From: Candidatus Omnitrophota bacterium
Lineage (GTDB): Bacteria > Omnitrophota > Omnitrophia > Omnitrophales > Aquincolibacteriaceae
Direction of reading: 5' to 3'
DNA length: 64,000 bases
Assembly (NCBI GenBank): GCA_023247035.1
Contig: JAHFHG010000003.1
Location: 15,081-79,080 of the forward strand
This document shows, piece by piece, positions 17,286 through 28,924 of this stretch (position 1 is the stretch's first letter; every line of letters starts with the position of its first letter). Made by a program: the position numbers and the translations under genes. The notes beneath the pieces are model-generated. The model had not been told where the DNA came from. It did not search any database and worked only from the letters and a program-made list of their open reading frames with translations.

Positions 17286-19289
17286 ATGGGTGTAACCAGC
17301 CAAAGAGAAGTGCGTGATTCACGGATTTCAGAAATTATCAATGCGGCTTCCCGGTGGATTGTTCCCGCCATTCTTTTTTATTCGACTCTTTCCGCGGGTG
17401 AGCCCCGCGCGTTGACGCTTTTTTCGACGCGGTTTTTGACTTTTTTTGGTTTTTTCCTCCATCTGCCTTCATTGTTTTCGAAGAAAAATGATTTCACCAG
17501 TTTTCCTTCCGCCCTTCTTGCGCCGGTTCTTCTCTTTTCCGTTTTTCTTTTGCTGGGAGTTTTCCAGATTTTTTCAGGCTTAAATATCTTCCACATTCAA
17601 GTCGGCAGCGTAAACCCCTATGCCACCCATTCTTCCCTTGCCCAATTGGCAAGCTATTTTGTTTTTTTCGCCCTCTGTATCCGATTCGTCTCACGCCCGG
17701 AAAACCTCGAGAAACTCCTTTTTCTTCTCGCCCTTCTTGTCTCCGGGGTCACGATATGGGGGATTGCGGAACGGTTTTTGGGGCGCCAGTTTTTTGGAAC
17801 CGACAATCCTTTGCAGGACAGCTTTGGCCCTTTTGTGAACCCGAATCATTACAGCGCGTTCATCGGGCTTTCGCTGCCCCTCTTTTGGAACGCCTTGCTA
17901 AACCGCCTGATCCCGCATGAGGCGTCTTTATCAAACCGCCCGGCAGGAGGGCAGCCGCTTTTATTTTGGAAAAAGATATTAAACTTTTTGGATTCTGGTA
18001 TCCTGTTCCTGCTTTTTCTTATCGCACTAGCCGTGGCAGGCTGTTTTTTATCGGGCTCTAGGCTGGGAGCTTTGCTCATCGTGTTTTCCCTCTTCTTTCA
18101 AGGAATAGTATTTAGCCTCAACCACCGGAGCGTCTTAAAAGCGTTCGGTTTGGCTGCAGGCGTCATCTCCGCCGCCGCGATTCTAGTGATACTGCCGGCG
18201 GGATTGGGAGCGGTCTTCCGGACCTTTGGCTGGGATTCATTAGTGGCGGCGTGGACGGAACGTCTTCAGGTTTCCGGCGACTCGCTGGGGATTTTTTTTC
18301 AGTACCCGCTCTTGGGCGCCGGGTTAGGAACTTATGGTTTTATATCGTCCAAATGGGTTGTCCTGAGTGATTCGGTCACGTGGGTTCACGCCCACAATGA
18401 TTATGTTGAGCTGCTCGCGGAAACCGGCCTTGCCGGTTCCCTTCTTCTGCTTACGGCCTTTGGAGCTCTGATTTTCGTCAGTCTGCGGGATTTTTCGAAT
18501 CATTCGCTGCATTCCCGCTCGATCCGGATCCAGGCGCTTTTTGCCGTCTTCAACATCGCCGTTATGGAACTGGCTGATTTCCCCTTGAAGGTGCCGGCGG
18601 TTGCGCTTCTTTTTTCCGCGCAGCTCGCTCTTTTGACTTGGCGCATTGCCAGGACCGATGATCTAAGGAGTTTAAGACGATCCGCTCAATACAGCCTGGG
18701 CGCAATTTTTTTGGTCGCCGCTATTTTTTTTATGGATTGGACCGTGAAGGATTATCAAGCCGCTCGGCTTGCCCAAAGCGTGACGGACCGGATTCAAAAT
18801 CTGGAAAAAGCGGTCCAGATTCAGCCGTCGAACGCAGAATACTGGTATCAACTGGGTTTGGAATATCTTAAAGCCAAGCCGGACGCGCCGGGCCGGGATT
18901 CCAAGGCAAGGGCGGTTGAGGCCTTTCGAAACGCCGTTCATTTAAGCCCGACCTATCCGCGTTACTGGTTTTCTTTGGGAGGCGTTGAGTATCACGCCGG
19001 GCTCCGGAAACAAGGTCTGGAGTCTCTTGAACAGGCGGCGGACTGGGCGCCTCATAAATCCGGATATTTACTGCATCTTATCGCCCTTTATTTAAAGGCA
19101 AGCGAAGAATCCTCCACAGCAGAAGAAAAAAATTTAAATTTGAATAAGGCCAAGGAACTTTCGAAGCGCTTGAACAGGATGAAGACGTTTCCCGGTGAGC
19201 AGGATCAAAGGCATTGGATGGGCGATGCCTATGAAAAGTTCGCCGGCTGCGCGCTTGAGTGGAATCTCAACCGGAAGGCCGGTCCATGA
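17286..19289 (+). CDS. O-antigen ligase (Wzy_C/WaaL-like) family protein with C-terminal TPRs
   Basis: [35 protein letters not shown]; TPR-like tail. Confidence 0.9.
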   Translation: MGVTSQREVRDSRISEIINAASRWIVPAILFYSTLSAGEPRALTLFSTRFLTFFGFFLHLPSLFSKKNDFTSFPSALLAPVLLFSVFLLLGVFQIFSGLNIFHIQVGSVNPYATHSSLAQLASYFVFFALCIRFVSRPENLEKLLFLLALLVSGVTIWGIAERFLGRQFFGTDNPLQDSFGPFVNPNHYSAFIGLSLPLFWNALLNRLIPHEASLSNRPAGGQPLLFWKKILNFLDSGILFLLFLIALAVAGCFLSGSRLGALLIVFSLFFQGIVFSLNHRSVLKAFGLAAGVISAAAILVILPAGLGAVFRTFGWDSLVAAWTERLQVSGDSLGIFFQYPLLGAGLGTYGFISSKWVVLSDSVTWVHAHNDYVELLAETGLAGSLLLLTAFGALIFVSLRDFSNHSLHSRSIRIQALFAVFNIAVMELADFPLKVPAVALLFSAQLALLTWRIARTDDLRSLRRSAQYSLGAIFLVAAIFFMDWTVKDYQAARLAQSVTDRIQNLEKAVQIQPSNAEYWYQLGLEYLKAKPDAPGRDSKARAVEAFRNAVHLSPTYPRYWFSLGGVEYHAGLRKQGLESLEQAADWAPHKSGYLLHLIALYLKASEESSTAEEKNLNLNKAKELSKRLNRMKTFPGEQDQRHWMGDAYEKFAGCALEWNLNRKAGP

Positions 19290-20911
19290 GTCCAGCCGCC
19301 GTTTCCGGATCAAGAAAGATCCCGCGGGTTGCAGTCGTTGGCTGCGGGGATTGGGGCCGGAACCTGATCCGGAACTTTCACGATCTGAAGGCCCTCGCCG
19401 CCTTGTGCGATACGGATGAAAAAAAGATTCACGATTTGAAAAAACTGTATCCGGAAGCCGAATTTTTTTCTTCCTATGCCGCAGTTCTCGCAGATCCTTC
19501 TCTCGAAGCGGTGGCCATTGCCACGCCGGCTGAATGGCACGGAACCTTGGTGAAACAGGCACTGCTTGCCGGAAAAGATGTCTTGGTCGAAAAGCCCTTG
19601 TGTTTATCCCTAGCCGAAGGCGAGGAAATCCTGGCGGCGGCAAAAGGGAGAATCCTTATGGTGGGCCATCTTCTCTGGTATCATCCCGCCGTTCTTGAGC
19701 TCAAAAAACTGGTCGACGAAGGCGCTCTCGGCCGCATTCAATATATCTATTCGAACCGGCTTAACCTGGGCAAGATCCGCCGGGAGGAAAATATCCTTTG
19801 GTCCTTCGCCCCGCACGACATCTCCGTGATCCTCGGCCTGCTCGGCGAAATGCCGCAAAGCGTCCAGGCCCAGGGCGGCAATTATCTGCGCCAGCAAATC
19901 GCCGATGTCACCGTCAGCCTCTTATCTTTTTCAAGCGGAGTCAAGGCGCATATTTTTGTCTCCTGGCTTCATCCTTTCAAGGAGCAAAAATTAATTGTGG
20001 TCGGCGATAAAAAAATGGCGGTGTTTGATGATTTGGAAACCGAAAGGAAGCTTGTCCTTTATCCTCACTCGATTCATTGGAAAAACCAATTCCCGGTGGC
20101 GAATAAGGCCGAGGGTTCTGCTGTCGCCGTCACTCCCGTTGAGCCGCTTTATGCCGAATGCCTTCATTTCCTCCAAAGTGTCCAAACCCGGATTCCGCCC
20201 CGAACCGACGGACGGGAAGGCTTGCGCGTTTTGAAAGTGCTTCAAGAATGCCAGAAGGCGCTTGAGTCCCATTTTCCAATACAATCTCAAGGAGTTTCTT
20301 TACCCGCAAGTTCCCGGAAATATTTCGTCCATGAGTCTGCTTTTATAGATGAGGGAGTGGAAATCGGCGAGGGCACTTCCATCTGGCACGTTTCTCATAT
20401 TCTCAAAGGCTCACGGATCGGGAAAAATTGCAGGATCGGCCAAAACGTGGTGATCGGCCCGAATGCCTGGGTGGGAGAGGGCGTCAAAATTCAAAACAAT
20501 GTGTCGGTTTATGAAGGCGTGACGTTGGAAGACTTTGTTTTTTGCGGGCCTTCGGTGGTCTTTACCAATGTCAATACCCCACGGAGTGAATATTCAAGAA
20601 AAAAAGATGAGTTCCGATCCACCCTTGTGAAACGAGGGGCAACTTTGGGCGCGAATTGCACCCTCCTTTGCGGCCTTACGATCGGAAGGTATGCCTTTGT
20701 CGGCGCCGGCGCGGTCGTCACGAAAGATGTTCCGGATCATGCGCTTGTGGTCGGCAATCCGGCCCGTATCGCGGGTTGGGCGTGTGAATGCGGCCTCAAG
20801 CTTGCGAATCCGGAAAGCAACGGTTATTCGTGCGAGTGCGGCAAGAATTATCGAAAAGATGAAGCCGGAAGGATCCTTTTACAGGACAACGTTGTAGAAA
20901 GCTTGTCATGA
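19286..20911 (+). CDS. Fused Gfo/Idh/MocA sugar 3-dehydrogenase and hexapeptide N-acetyltransferase (WbpB-WbpD / WlbA-WlbB-like)
   Basis: GCGDWG, VEKP, FAPHD; then VHESAFID, left-handed beta-helix repeats, FTNV, VGNPAR, CECG twice; ATGA overlap start. Confidence 0.9.
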   Translation: MSPAAVSGSRKIPRVAVVGCGDWGRNLIRNFHDLKALAALCDTDEKKIHDLKKLYPEAEFFSSYAAVLADPSLEAVAIATPAEWHGTLVKQALLAGKDVLVEKPLCLSLAEGEEILAAAKGRILMVGHLLWYHPAVLELKKLVDEGALGRIQYIYSNRLNLGKIRREENILWSFAPHDISVILGLLGEMPQSVQAQGGNYLRQQIADVTVSLLSFSSGVKAHIFVSWLHPFKEQKLIVVGDKKMAVFDDLETERKLVLYPHSIHWKNQFPVANKAEGSAVAVTPVEPLYAECLHFLQSVQTRIPPRTDGREGLRVLKVLQECQKALESHFPIQSQGVSLPASSRKYFVHESAFIDEGVEIGEGTSIWHVSHILKGSRIGKNCRIGQNVVIGPNAWVGEGVKIQNNVSVYEGVTLEDFVFCGPSVVFTNVNTPRSEYSRKKDEFRSTLVKRGATLGANCTLLCGLTIGRYAFVGAGAVVTKDVPDHALVVGNPARIAGWACECGLKLANPESNGYSCECGKNYRKDEAGRILLQDNVVESLS

Positions 20912-22053
20912 TCAATGTCCCTTCGCTTAATTTAAAAGCCCAGCACGAAATCCTTCAGCAGGAAATTCTGGAAGCCATTGAGCGCGTCATCCGGAGCCAG
21001 CGTTTCATCCTGGGAGAAGAAGTCGAAATGCTGGAAGAGCGTATTGCGGCTTATTCCCAGTGCCGCTACGCGGTGGGTGTTTCTTCCGGAACGGATGCCC
21101 TGCTCGTTTCGCTGATGGCGCTTGGCATCGGCTGGGGCGATGAGGTCATCACAACTCCGTATTCTTTTTTTTCGGCCGCGGGCAGCATTGCGCGGGTAGG
21201 CGCCAAGCCGGTTTTTACGGATATTGATCCCTGCACCTATAATCTCGATCCGTCTCAAATGGAGCGCGCAATAACTTCCCGCACAAAGGCTGTGATCCCC
21301 GTCCATTTGTTCGGCCAGTGCGCCGATATGCCCGCCATTCTGGAGATCAGCAGGCGCCACGGCCTTAAAGTCATTGAAGATGCCGCGCAGGCCTTGGGAG
21401 CAGAATACCCGCCGTCCCGCCGCGTCGGCTCGAGCGCCGGCCTGGGATGTTTCTCGTTCTATCCCACTAAGAATTTAGGCGCGATGGGAGACGGGGGAAT
21501 GGTGGTGACTTCCGATCCTGATCTGGCCCAGAAGGTCCGGCTTTTGAGAGTTCACGGAAGCCAGCCCAAATATTATCATCCCTTGATCGGAGGCAACTTC
21601 CGGCTCGATGCGCTTCAGGCGGCGGTCCTCAATGTCAAGTTCCGCTATCTTGACGAATGGATCAGAAAACGCCGGGAACGGGCACGCCATTACAAAAAAT
21701 TATTTCAGGGAGCCCGGCTGGAAGAAAAAGGATGCCGCCTTCCCAAAGAAATTCATGCCGGCGCCGGACTTGCCCACGGCCACACCTTTAATCAGTTTAT
21801 CGTTCGAGTTCCTCAAAGAGAAAGAGACCCGCTCCGGACCCATCTTGGAGCGCGCGGCGTCCAGACGGAAATTTATTACCCGCTTCCTCTCCACTTGCAG
21901 GAATGTTTTGCGTATTTGGGCCACAAGGCGGGCGATTTTCCGCAGGCCGAATCCGCGGCCCGGGAAACGCTTGCGTTGCCCCTTTTCCCCGAAATGACCC
22001 AGGATCAGCAGGAATCCGTTGTGGAAGCCATCGCGGAATTTTATTCATCATGA
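20908..22053 (+). CDS. DegT/DnrJ/EryC1/StrS aminotransferase (WbpE/WlbC-like)
   Basis: [27 protein letters not shown]. Confidence 0.93.
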   Translation: MINVPSLNLKAQHEILQQEILEAIERVIRSQRFILGEEVEMLEERIAAYSQCRYAVGVSSGTDALLVSLMALGIGWGDEVITTPYSFFSAAGSIARVGAKPVFTDIDPCTYNLDPSQMERAITSRTKAVIPVHLFGQCADMPAILEISRRHGLKVIEDAAQALGAEYPPSRRVGSSAGLGCFSFYPTKNLGAMGDGGMVVTSDPDLAQKVRLLRVHGSQPKYYHPLIGGNFRLDALQAAVLNVKFRYLDEWIRKRRERARHYKKLFQGARLEEKGCRLPKEIHAGAGLAHGHTFNQFIVRVPQRERDPLRTHLGARGVQTEIYYPLPLHLQECFAYLGHKAGDFPQAESAARETLALPLFPEMTQDQQESVVEAIAEFYSS

Positions 22054-23123
22054 AAATTGTGAGTGTTGTGGGAGCGCGTCCTCAATTTATCAAATGCGCC
22101 CTCTTGTCCAAAGAGTTGCGCAAAGGAGCGGATGAGGTGCTCGTCCATACCAGGCAGCATTATGATGAAAACATGAGCGCCGTCTTTTTTAAGGAACTCG
22201 AAATCCCCGAACCGGAATACAATCTGGAGGTTGGATCCGGAAGCCAGACAGGCCGGATGCTGCAGGGAGTTGAAGAAATCCTGCAAATAGAAAAACCTGA
22301 TTATGTGGTTGTTTACGGAGACACGAATTCCACCCTTGCCGGCGCTTTGGCCGCGGCCAAACTTCATCTTCCTGTCGCGCATGTGGAAGCTGGACTAAGA
22401 AGTTTCAATAAAAAGATGCCGGAGGAAATCAACCGGATTCTTACAGATCAGGTATCGAGCCTTCTTTTTTGTCCCACGCAAACAGCGGTTCAGAATCTTG
22501 AAAGGGAAAACATTCGAGAAGGTGTCCATCTTGTGAGCGATATCATGATTGATGCCGCGTATCATTACGGCGAAAAAGCAGAAACCGGCTCCCAAGTTTT
22601 GGAACGGCTCAGGTTAAAATCCAAAACCTATGCGCTTGCCACGATTCATCGGGCGGAGAACGCGGATGATCTTGAGCATTTTTCTTCCATTTTGTCAACG
22701 CTAGACAAAATAGCCAGGGAGATCTTGCCGGTGGTGATCCCCCTTCATCCCCGAAGCTATAAGCAAATGAAATCTAATCGTTTAAACTTTCCTTCTCTTC
22801 AAATCGTGGAACCGGTTTCATACCTTGATATGCTGCGATTGGAAAAAAATGCGAAAGCCATTTTGACGGATTCGGGAGGCGTTCAAAAAGAAGCCTGCGT
22901 TTTTCAGGTTCCCTGCATCACGCTTCGTAATGAAACAGAATGGGTGGAAACGGTGGAGGCGGGGTGGAATGTTTTGGCTGGCGCGCAGGAGGAAACGATT
23001 GTTCGCAGCCTTAAGAAAATTAAAAAGGGTTCTTATCTTCCTAATGGCTATGAGGCCAAGGAAAAAGATACGGCTAAAAAGATTACGGAAATACTTGTTC
23101 AACAATTTTCCATGGCGCGATGA
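22050..23123 (+). CDS. wecB: Non-hydrolysing UDP-GlcNAc(-derivative) 2-epimerase (WecB/WbpI-like)
   Basis: GARPQFIK, YGDTNST, HVEAGLRS, PEEINR, TDSGGVQKEA; ATGA overlap. Confidence 0.9.
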   Translation: MKIVSVVGARPQFIKCALLSKELRKGADEVLVHTRQHYDENMSAVFFKELEIPEPEYNLEVGSGSQTGRMLQGVEEILQIEKPDYVVVYGDTNSTLAGALAAAKLHLPVAHVEAGLRSFNKKMPEEINRILTDQVSSLLFCPTQTAVQNLERENIREGVHLVSDIMIDAAYHYGEKAETGSQVLERLRLKSKTYALATIHRAENADDLEHFSSILSTLDKIAREILPVVIPLHPRSYKQMKSNRLNFPSLQIVEPVSYLDMLRLEKNAKAILTDSGGVQKEACVFQVPCITLRNETEWVETVEAGWNVLAGAQEETIVRSLKKIKKGSYLPNGYEAKEKDTAKKITEILVQQFSMAR

Positions 23124-24619
23124 TTAAAACAATCAAGCCAAGCCCTTTTCTGGCCCATGTTTTTTCGACCGCCGGAGCCTCGCTTGCGACCGCGGTTTCC
23201 AGTATTTTTGTTTTGCGTTTTCTTGCCCAAGGACTGGGAAGCGAATCGTTCGGTTTGTACTCCTTATCGAACCGCGCTTTCAGCATTTTGATTCCGTTCG
23301 CAAGTTTGATGATGGGGCTTGCGATGTCCCGCAACTTATCGTCTACGCCGGATCGTGAGGAGAAGAACGCGTATATCCTCTCAGCGTCCTCTTGGGTTCT
23401 TCTTTCCGTTGGTTTTGTTTGGATCACAGGGGTTTTGTTTCGAGAGAGGCTCAGCTCATTTTTCCTCGGGAGTTCACAGCGCCATTTATTGTGGTTTGCG
23501 ACCCTCTCGTCAGTGACCTTCTTTTCTTTTTATTCCCTTTTGGACGGCATTTACTTTGGAACTTCTAAAATTTTCAAAGCGAATCTGTGGCAATGGCTGT
23601 TAAGCGTGATCGGGCCTTTGGCCATTGCATTCCGGTTCCGGCACGCGCCGGTCTACCGGATTATTTTTCTTCTGAGCGCTTTATACTCCCTTGCTTTAAT
23701 TCCCTTGGCCCTGACCTGGTTTGGGATCTGGAAAACGAAAACAATCAAAGGGGACCTTCTCCGGCACAAAGGACGACTGATCGCTTTTAGTGCGCCCCGC
23801 ATTGCCGGCGGATGGCTGGCATCCTTGCTTCTCCTCATCGGGCCTCTTTTCGCGTCTCATTTTATTTCTTACGCCGAAGCGGGATTTTTGATGCTCGCCC
23901 AAAGCGTATTTCGCGTCGCGGAAATGGGGACGAACGCTTTTGCCTCAGTCGCATTGAGCAAAGCAGGGTCTTTAATCGGGGAAGGGAAGCAAGTTTTTTT
24001 AAAAGAGCGGGTCGGGGATATGATCGAAATGATTTTTCAAATCGGCCTTTTCCTTGCGGCGCATCTTTTTTTGTGGTCGGATGATCTCGTGATCTTATGG
24101 CTGGGGAACGAATATCTGAATGTCTCCTTGCGCATAAAAATATATCTTTTGGGTTTTATACCTTATTTTGCCTACGTGGTTTTAAGGCCAATTATCGAAG
24201 CCCTGGAATTTAAGCCGGTTAATGTTTTCCACTTGGGGATTTCTTGTGCCGCCGCGCTTAGTTTGGCGTTCCCGCTCGCGCGGGCGGGAGGAGCGCTCGG
24301 TCTTGCTCTTTCGACTTCTCTGGGGTTCTTGGTTTTGGGAGCATTAACCGTGCGCTATTTTGGGAAAAAAAATTTAGCGGGGAGGGCGATCTTTAAAATT
24401 GTTATGATCAATGCTGCTTTGGCGGTTCCTTTAATAGTCATTCAGCCTTGGCTTCGTCTCTGGCCGGGCTCCCTGCGATTCACCGCATCGATCACGCTTG
24501 AACTGCTCTTGGCGGCGCTTTACGTTTATGTTCTTTGGAGTTTGAAGTCCCGCTGGATCTTGGAGTTTCAAAAAAGACTCATTACCTATGACAGTTCCGA
24601 GGAGTCGGCCCATGATTGA
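23120..24619 (+). CDS. wzx: Polysaccharide flippase (Wzx/MOP family)
   Basis: About 12-14 TM segments, LAQGLGSESFGLY motif. Confidence 0.8.
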   Translation: MIKTIKPSPFLAHVFSTAGASLATAVSSIFVLRFLAQGLGSESFGLYSLSNRAFSILIPFASLMMGLAMSRNLSSTPDREEKNAYILSASSWVLLSVGFVWITGVLFRERLSSFFLGSSQRHLLWFATLSSVTFFSFYSLLDGIYFGTSKIFKANLWQWLLSVIGPLAIAFRFRHAPVYRIIFLLSALYSLALIPLALTWFGIWKTKTIKGDLLRHKGRLIAFSAPRIAGGWLASLLLLIGPLFASHFISYAEAGFLMLAQSVFRVAEMGTNAFASVALSKAGSLIGEGKQVFLKERVGDMIEMIFQIGLFLAAHLFLWSDDLVILWLGNEYLNVSLRIKIYLLGFIPYFAYVVLRPIIEALEFKPVNVFHLGISCAAALSLAFPLARAGGALGLALSTSLGFLVLGALTVRYFGKKNLAGRAIFKIVMINAALAVPLIVIQPWLRLWPGSLRFTASITLELLLAALYVYVLWSLKSRWILEFQKRLITYDSSEESAHD

Positions 24620-25910
24620 TATGCCGCACGACTTCCACATTTTACTTTTCGGAATGATCGTCCTGCTTTTTTCGGCCATCTATATGCATTACTCCAACCG
24701 GATTTTTGATTTGAGTTCTATCAGTATCTCTTCAGTTTGGTATTTTGCTTATGTGGCGACCATTTTTATCCCGTCTTTTTTTACCTTTTACGAAAAGATA
24801 GGGCCTTATAGGTTTAACTACATCTATGCTATGGCCAGTCCTCTCATTACGGTGCCCGCGGGTATTTCGCTGGCGAATGTCTTATGGAAGTATAACCCTC
24901 AGGAAATTAAGCAATTTTACTTGCGGGCTATTGAAGACCGGCCGAAAAGTTTTATCCGGATTCTCAATTATTCATTTCTTTTGTTTATCGGTATCGTACT
25001 TTTCTTTTCGTGGTGTATCGAGCAAAGGGGTAAGCCTATCCCGGTTATTTATGCGCTGACCCATCCACAGAACCCATACCAGGATCTTGCGATGTTGCGG
25101 GACTATTCCTTGAAGTTGTTGGATTCTCCGTTTCGCTATCTTTACCACACGACACGAGATTTTTTGCTGCCTCTTTTGATGTTGGTGGCCTTGTGCAACT
25201 ATTATTATTCCCGCTCTCGGGGCTGGTTATTTTTCTTAATAGTATCTTCATGTTTCGGATTTTTTTTTGCCACCGCCAATATTGCAAAAGGGCCAACTTT
25301 TAACATTGCCCTTCTGTTGCTTTTAAATTTTTATATCATTAGACGAGGGAAGCTTCCCTCATGGATGGTGATTATCGGAATAGCCTTGGCCTTGATTTTC
25401 CCTGTCTTCATTTATATGATAGGAAATATAAGCTGGGACGGATTTACAAGTGCGTTTAGCAGAATTATGGAGCGGATTTTCGTCGCGCCGGCGGCAATCG
25501 GTTACTATTGCTTCGAAATTGTTCCGGAACGCCTGCCTTTCCAATGGGGACGCAGCATAGGCGCCATCGTAAAGCTCTTAGGCCTGGAGGTTGAGAACTA
25601 CAATTCATTTGTGACATGGTATATCATGGGGGTTGATTCCACGACAAGCATGTCGGGGGTTTTTGTGATCGAACTCTTCGGAGATTTTGCCTTTCCCGGG
25701 GTGATCCTTGGTGGGATTCTCGTGGGGATCGCCATGCAATGGGTTCATGTTTCGATCATTCGTAACCGCAAGACTTTATTTGCCATCGTGACCTATGTTC
25801 TCTTTATTCGTTTTTTTTCAGATCTAACTACTTTACAAATTGCCGGGGCCCTCATTCTGTCTGGGGCTCCCTTTTTATGGATTATGTATAAAGCAAAAAT
25901 TTTAGGTTAA
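24612..25910 (+). CDS. wzy: Putative Wzy polymerase (polytopic membrane protein)
   Basis: About 11 TM segments, follows wzx, ELFGDFAFPGV motif, AT-rich. Confidence 0.65.
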   Translation: MIDMPHDFHILLFGMIVLLFSAIYMHYSNRIFDLSSISISSVWYFAYVATIFIPSFFTFYEKIGPYRFNYIYAMASPLITVPAGISLANVLWKYNPQEIKQFYLRAIEDRPKSFIRILNYSFLLFIGIVLFFSWCIEQRGKPIPVIYALTHPQNPYQDLAMLRDYSLKLLDSPFRYLYHTTRDFLLPLLMLVALCNYYYSRSRGWLFFLIVSSCFGFFFATANIAKGPTFNIALLLLLNFYIIRRGKLPSWMVIIGIALALIFPVFIYMIGNISWDGFTSAFSRIMERIFVAPAAIGYYCFEIVPERLPFQWGRSIGAIVKLLGLEVENYNSFVTWYIMGVDSTTSMSGVFVIELFGDFAFPGVILGGILVGIAMQWVHVSIIRNRKTLFAIVTYVLFIRFFSDLTTLQIAGALILSGAPFLWIMYKAKILG

Positions 25911-25946
25911 TAAAGCCTTACTTCCATCAAAGCTGAGGGAAAGGAT

Positions 25947-26768
25947 ATGGATCAGACTGAGGCCAGAAAAAAAGAAGAAATAGAATTCCACGACCGGCTT
26001 CGCGGAGAGGAGTTGGCTAAAGATTCGAGATTGTATAAACATTACCACTCGAACTCTAAATTCTATTCCGTGGATAGAGCAAACCGGAAATTGTGCGAGA
26101 CATGGATCCAAACAAAATGCCCGGGGAAAAGATTGCTTGATTTTTGCTGCGGCGACGGCGAATATTCACTTGCCGCAGCGCGGGCCGGAGCGCAGACTAC
26201 CGGGATTGACATTTCCGAGGTTGCGGTCCGCAAAAGCGCTGAACGCGCCCGGGTTGAAAATCTAACCAATGTACAGTTTTTGGTCCGAGATGCGGAAGCA
26301 ACCGGGTTTGAAGACCGTTCTTTTGATCTCATTCTTTGTGCAGGCGTTTTACATCATCTCGATCTAGACCATGCTTATCCTGAACTTGCACGGTTGCTGG
26401 CTCCTGGAGGAGAGATTCTTTGTATGGAGCCCTTGCGCTATAACCCCGTCTTCCAATGGTATCGCCGTCTCACGCCTCATTTGAGGACCGCCTACGAGAC
26501 GGACCATATTTTGAGAATGAAGGATATCCATAAAGCAAAAAAGTATTTTCGCAATGTGGACCTAAACTTTTTTCATCTTACCACTCTTGCGGCGGTTCCC
26601 TTCCGGAATACGCCTCTATTTTCCAGCTTGTTGAGTTTTTTTGAAAACATAGACTCCGTTTTGATGCGAATTCCCTGGATACAGAGGCTGGCATGGATGG
26701 CCATCTTTAAACTTTCAGACCCTATCTGTGATGAACAAGGGAAGAGTCCTTTGAAGAGAGCCCCTTAA
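25947..26768 (+). CDS. Class I SAM-dependent methyltransferase
   Basis: LLDFCCGDG, GIDIS, FDLI..GVLHHL. Confidence 0.9.
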   Translation: MDQTEARKKEEIEFHDRLRGEELAKDSRLYKHYHSNSKFYSVDRANRKLCETWIQTKCPGKRLLDFCCGDGEYSLAAARAGAQTTGIDISEVAVRKSAERARVENLTNVQFLVRDAEATGFEDRSFDLILCAGVLHHLDLDHAYPELARLLAPGGEILCMEPLRYNPVFQWYRRLTPHLRTAYETDHILRMKDIHKAKKYFRNVDLNFFHLTTLAAVPFRNTPLFSSLLSFFENIDSVLMRIPWIQRLAWMAIFKLSDPICDEQGKSPLKRAP

Positions 26769-26812
26769 AGTTATTTTGGCACCAGGATAAACAGATTTCA
26801 CTTCTTGCTATC

Positions 26813-27940
26813 ATGCGTCTGATTTCAGAAAAGGTTAGGATAGAATCCTATCAAGAACGGCATATCCCCTGGGTTCAGGAGTTCAATAGAAGGCTGGGGG
26901 GTAAATACGGAGCGTCAAAATTTCCAGAATCCAACGTTCCTTCTTGGCTGCCTCCCACGAAAAGTCATCGTCTTTATCAGGAATTCTTTCTGGCCGTCGA
27001 TGACGAGGCGGTTCGGGGAGCGTATATTCTTAAACACCAAGATTTTTTTATCAAGGGCCGCGCGATTTCCATAGCCGCCTATCAATTTCCAATCTCCGAG
27101 GGAATTATCAACCCGGATTTTATGGAAGTTGCTATTTTGCTTACCTTGGACGCTCTGCAAAGACAACCGAATCTCTTTGCTCTCGGGATGGGAAGCTATT
27201 CTGAAAGTTTTCCACGGCTTTTGAAGGCGATGCGCTGGAGTTTCTGTGAAATTCCTTTTTATTTTAAGGTCATACACCCGTTTCATTTTTTAAGGAAGAT
27301 TGCTTTTTTGCGAAAGGCCCTGCCGGGAAAAGTTCTTTTGGATTTTGCCGCGTTTACAGGGGTCGGGTGGTTAGGGATCCGCGCACTTCAAACTTTTAAA
27401 ACTCATCGGCCCATCGGCGCACGCATACGTGTTGAGGAGTTTGACGAATTCGATGAGAGAGCCAACATTTTGTGGAATAGAGTGAAACAGGAATATGCGG
27501 CCATTGCTGTAAGAGACTCTTTAAATTTAAATATCTTATATCCCAGATTGTCCCCGAAATTTAAGCGAATCCATGTTTTTGAAGGCGAGAGAAATATCGG
27601 ATGGGCGGTATTATTGGACACCCCCATGAGCTGCCATAAGCAATTCGGCTCAATGCGGGTCGGCAGTATCGTCGATTGTCTATCCCATCCCGACGACGCA
27701 GCTAAAATATTGAGCGCAGCGGCAGACTATTTGTCCCTCCGCCGTGTGGATATTATTATTTCGAACCATTCGCACAAAAGCTACCGAGAGGCTTATGAAA
27801 AGGCGGGGTTTTTTCGAGGGCCAAGCAACTTTTTATTTGCAGCTTCGAAGAAACTGGACAGCCTTATGGAGCCTTTTGAGGTAACAAAGGATCAGATTTA
27901 TTTTATGCGGGGGGATGGAGACGGTCCTATCAATCTATAA
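26813..27940 (+). CDS. Hypothetical protein, probable tandem-GNAT acyltransferase fold
   Basis: EFDEFDERANILW..AVRDSLNLNILY..SIVDCL pattern resembles glycan-cluster GNATs; weak. Confidence 0.5.
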   Translation: MRLISEKVRIESYQERHIPWVQEFNRRLGGKYGASKFPESNVPSWLPPTKSHRLYQEFFLAVDDEAVRGAYILKHQDFFIKGRAISIAAYQFPISEGIINPDFMEVAILLTLDALQRQPNLFALGMGSYSESFPRLLKAMRWSFCEIPFYFKVIHPFHFLRKIAFLRKALPGKVLLDFAAFTGVGWLGIRALQTFKTHRPIGARIRVEEFDEFDERANILWNRVKQEYAAIAVRDSLNLNILYPRLSPKFKRIHVFEGERNIGWAVLLDTPMSCHKQFGSMRVGSIVDCLSHPDDAAKILSAAADYLSLRRVDIIISNHSHKSYREAYEKAGFFRGPSNFLFAASKKLDSLMEPFEVTKDQIYFMRGDGDGPINL

Positions 27941-27976
27941 CCTATAATATAAATGTAACGCGAGAATCGAAATCAA

Positions 27977-28924
27977 ATGGTAACTCGCTGGCCTGGAAAT
28001 AAAAAATTTGCCTTTACTATTTTGGATGATGCAGACTGCAACACATTGCAGAATAATTCTATCGTCTACGACTTTTTGAATGGACTAGGTTTCAAGACCA
28101 CTAAAACAGTCTGGATTTTTGACGGAGAGATTCGAGAGGACAACAGGCAGGATATTGGCGTAACGTGCGAAGATAGAAATTTTCTGGACTGGGTTTTGAA
28201 ATTAAAAAAGCAGGGTTTTGAAATTGCTTTGCACAGCGCCTCTTGGAGCCCCTCTCCGAGACAAAAAATCATTGAAGCACTGGATACCTTCAAATCTTAT
28301 TTTGGCGAAGATCCGAAAGTCCTGGCGCAGCATGCGGATACCCTCCCCAACGAAGCTATCTACTGGGGCGCCGGCCGGTTAAGCGGGCTTCACCGGAAGA
28401 TTTATGATGCCATTGCGCAAATCAAGAGAGAGCAGAGAAATATTTATCTGGGCGATTCCAAGGACAGCCCCTACTTCTGGGGTGACGTTTGCAGGCAAAG
28501 GATCAAGTACGTGCGGAATTTCGTCTACTCTGACATTAACACGTTGAAAGCGTGTCCCTTCCAGCCCTACCATGATCCCCATAGACCTTATGTGCGTTAT
28601 TGGTTTACTTCTACCGAGGGTCCCGAAGTGAATTCCTTTTGCTCGAGCCTATCATTGGAGAATCAACAAAGACTTGAAGAAGAAGGCGGGGCTTGTATCA
28701 TGTACACTCATTTTGCTAAAAATTTTGCGGTCGATGGGAAGTTAAATTCAAATTTTAAGGGGCTCATGGAAAGATTGGCCAAGAGGGAGGGGTGGTTCGT
28801 GCCCGTGTCTGAATTGTTGGACTACTTATTGAAACAGAATGGAGAGCATATTCTGTCGAATGCCGAAAGAGCAGGATTAGAAAGAAAGTGGTTGTGGCAT
28901 AAAATAAAGGTGGGCAGCTCATGA
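27977..28924 (+). CDS. Polysaccharide deacetylase-like (NodB/CE4 fold) protein
   Basis: WPGNKKFAFTILDDAD, GFEIALHS, MYTHF, WFVPVSELLDYL. Confidence 0.65.
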   Translation: MVTRWPGNKKFAFTILDDADCNTLQNNSIVYDFLNGLGFKTTKTVWIFDGEIREDNRQDIGVTCEDRNFLDWVLKLKKQGFEIALHSASWSPSPRQKIIEALDTFKSYFGEDPKVLAQHADTLPNEAIYWGAGRLSGLHRKIYDAIAQIKREQRNIYLGDSKDSPYFWGDVCRQRIKYVRNFVYSDINTLKACPFQPYHDPHRPYVRYWFTSTEGPEVNSFCSSLSLENQQRLEEEGGACIMYTHFAKNFAVDGKLNSNFKGLMERLAKREGWFVPVSELLDYLLKQNGEHILSNAERAGLERKWLWHKIKVGSS

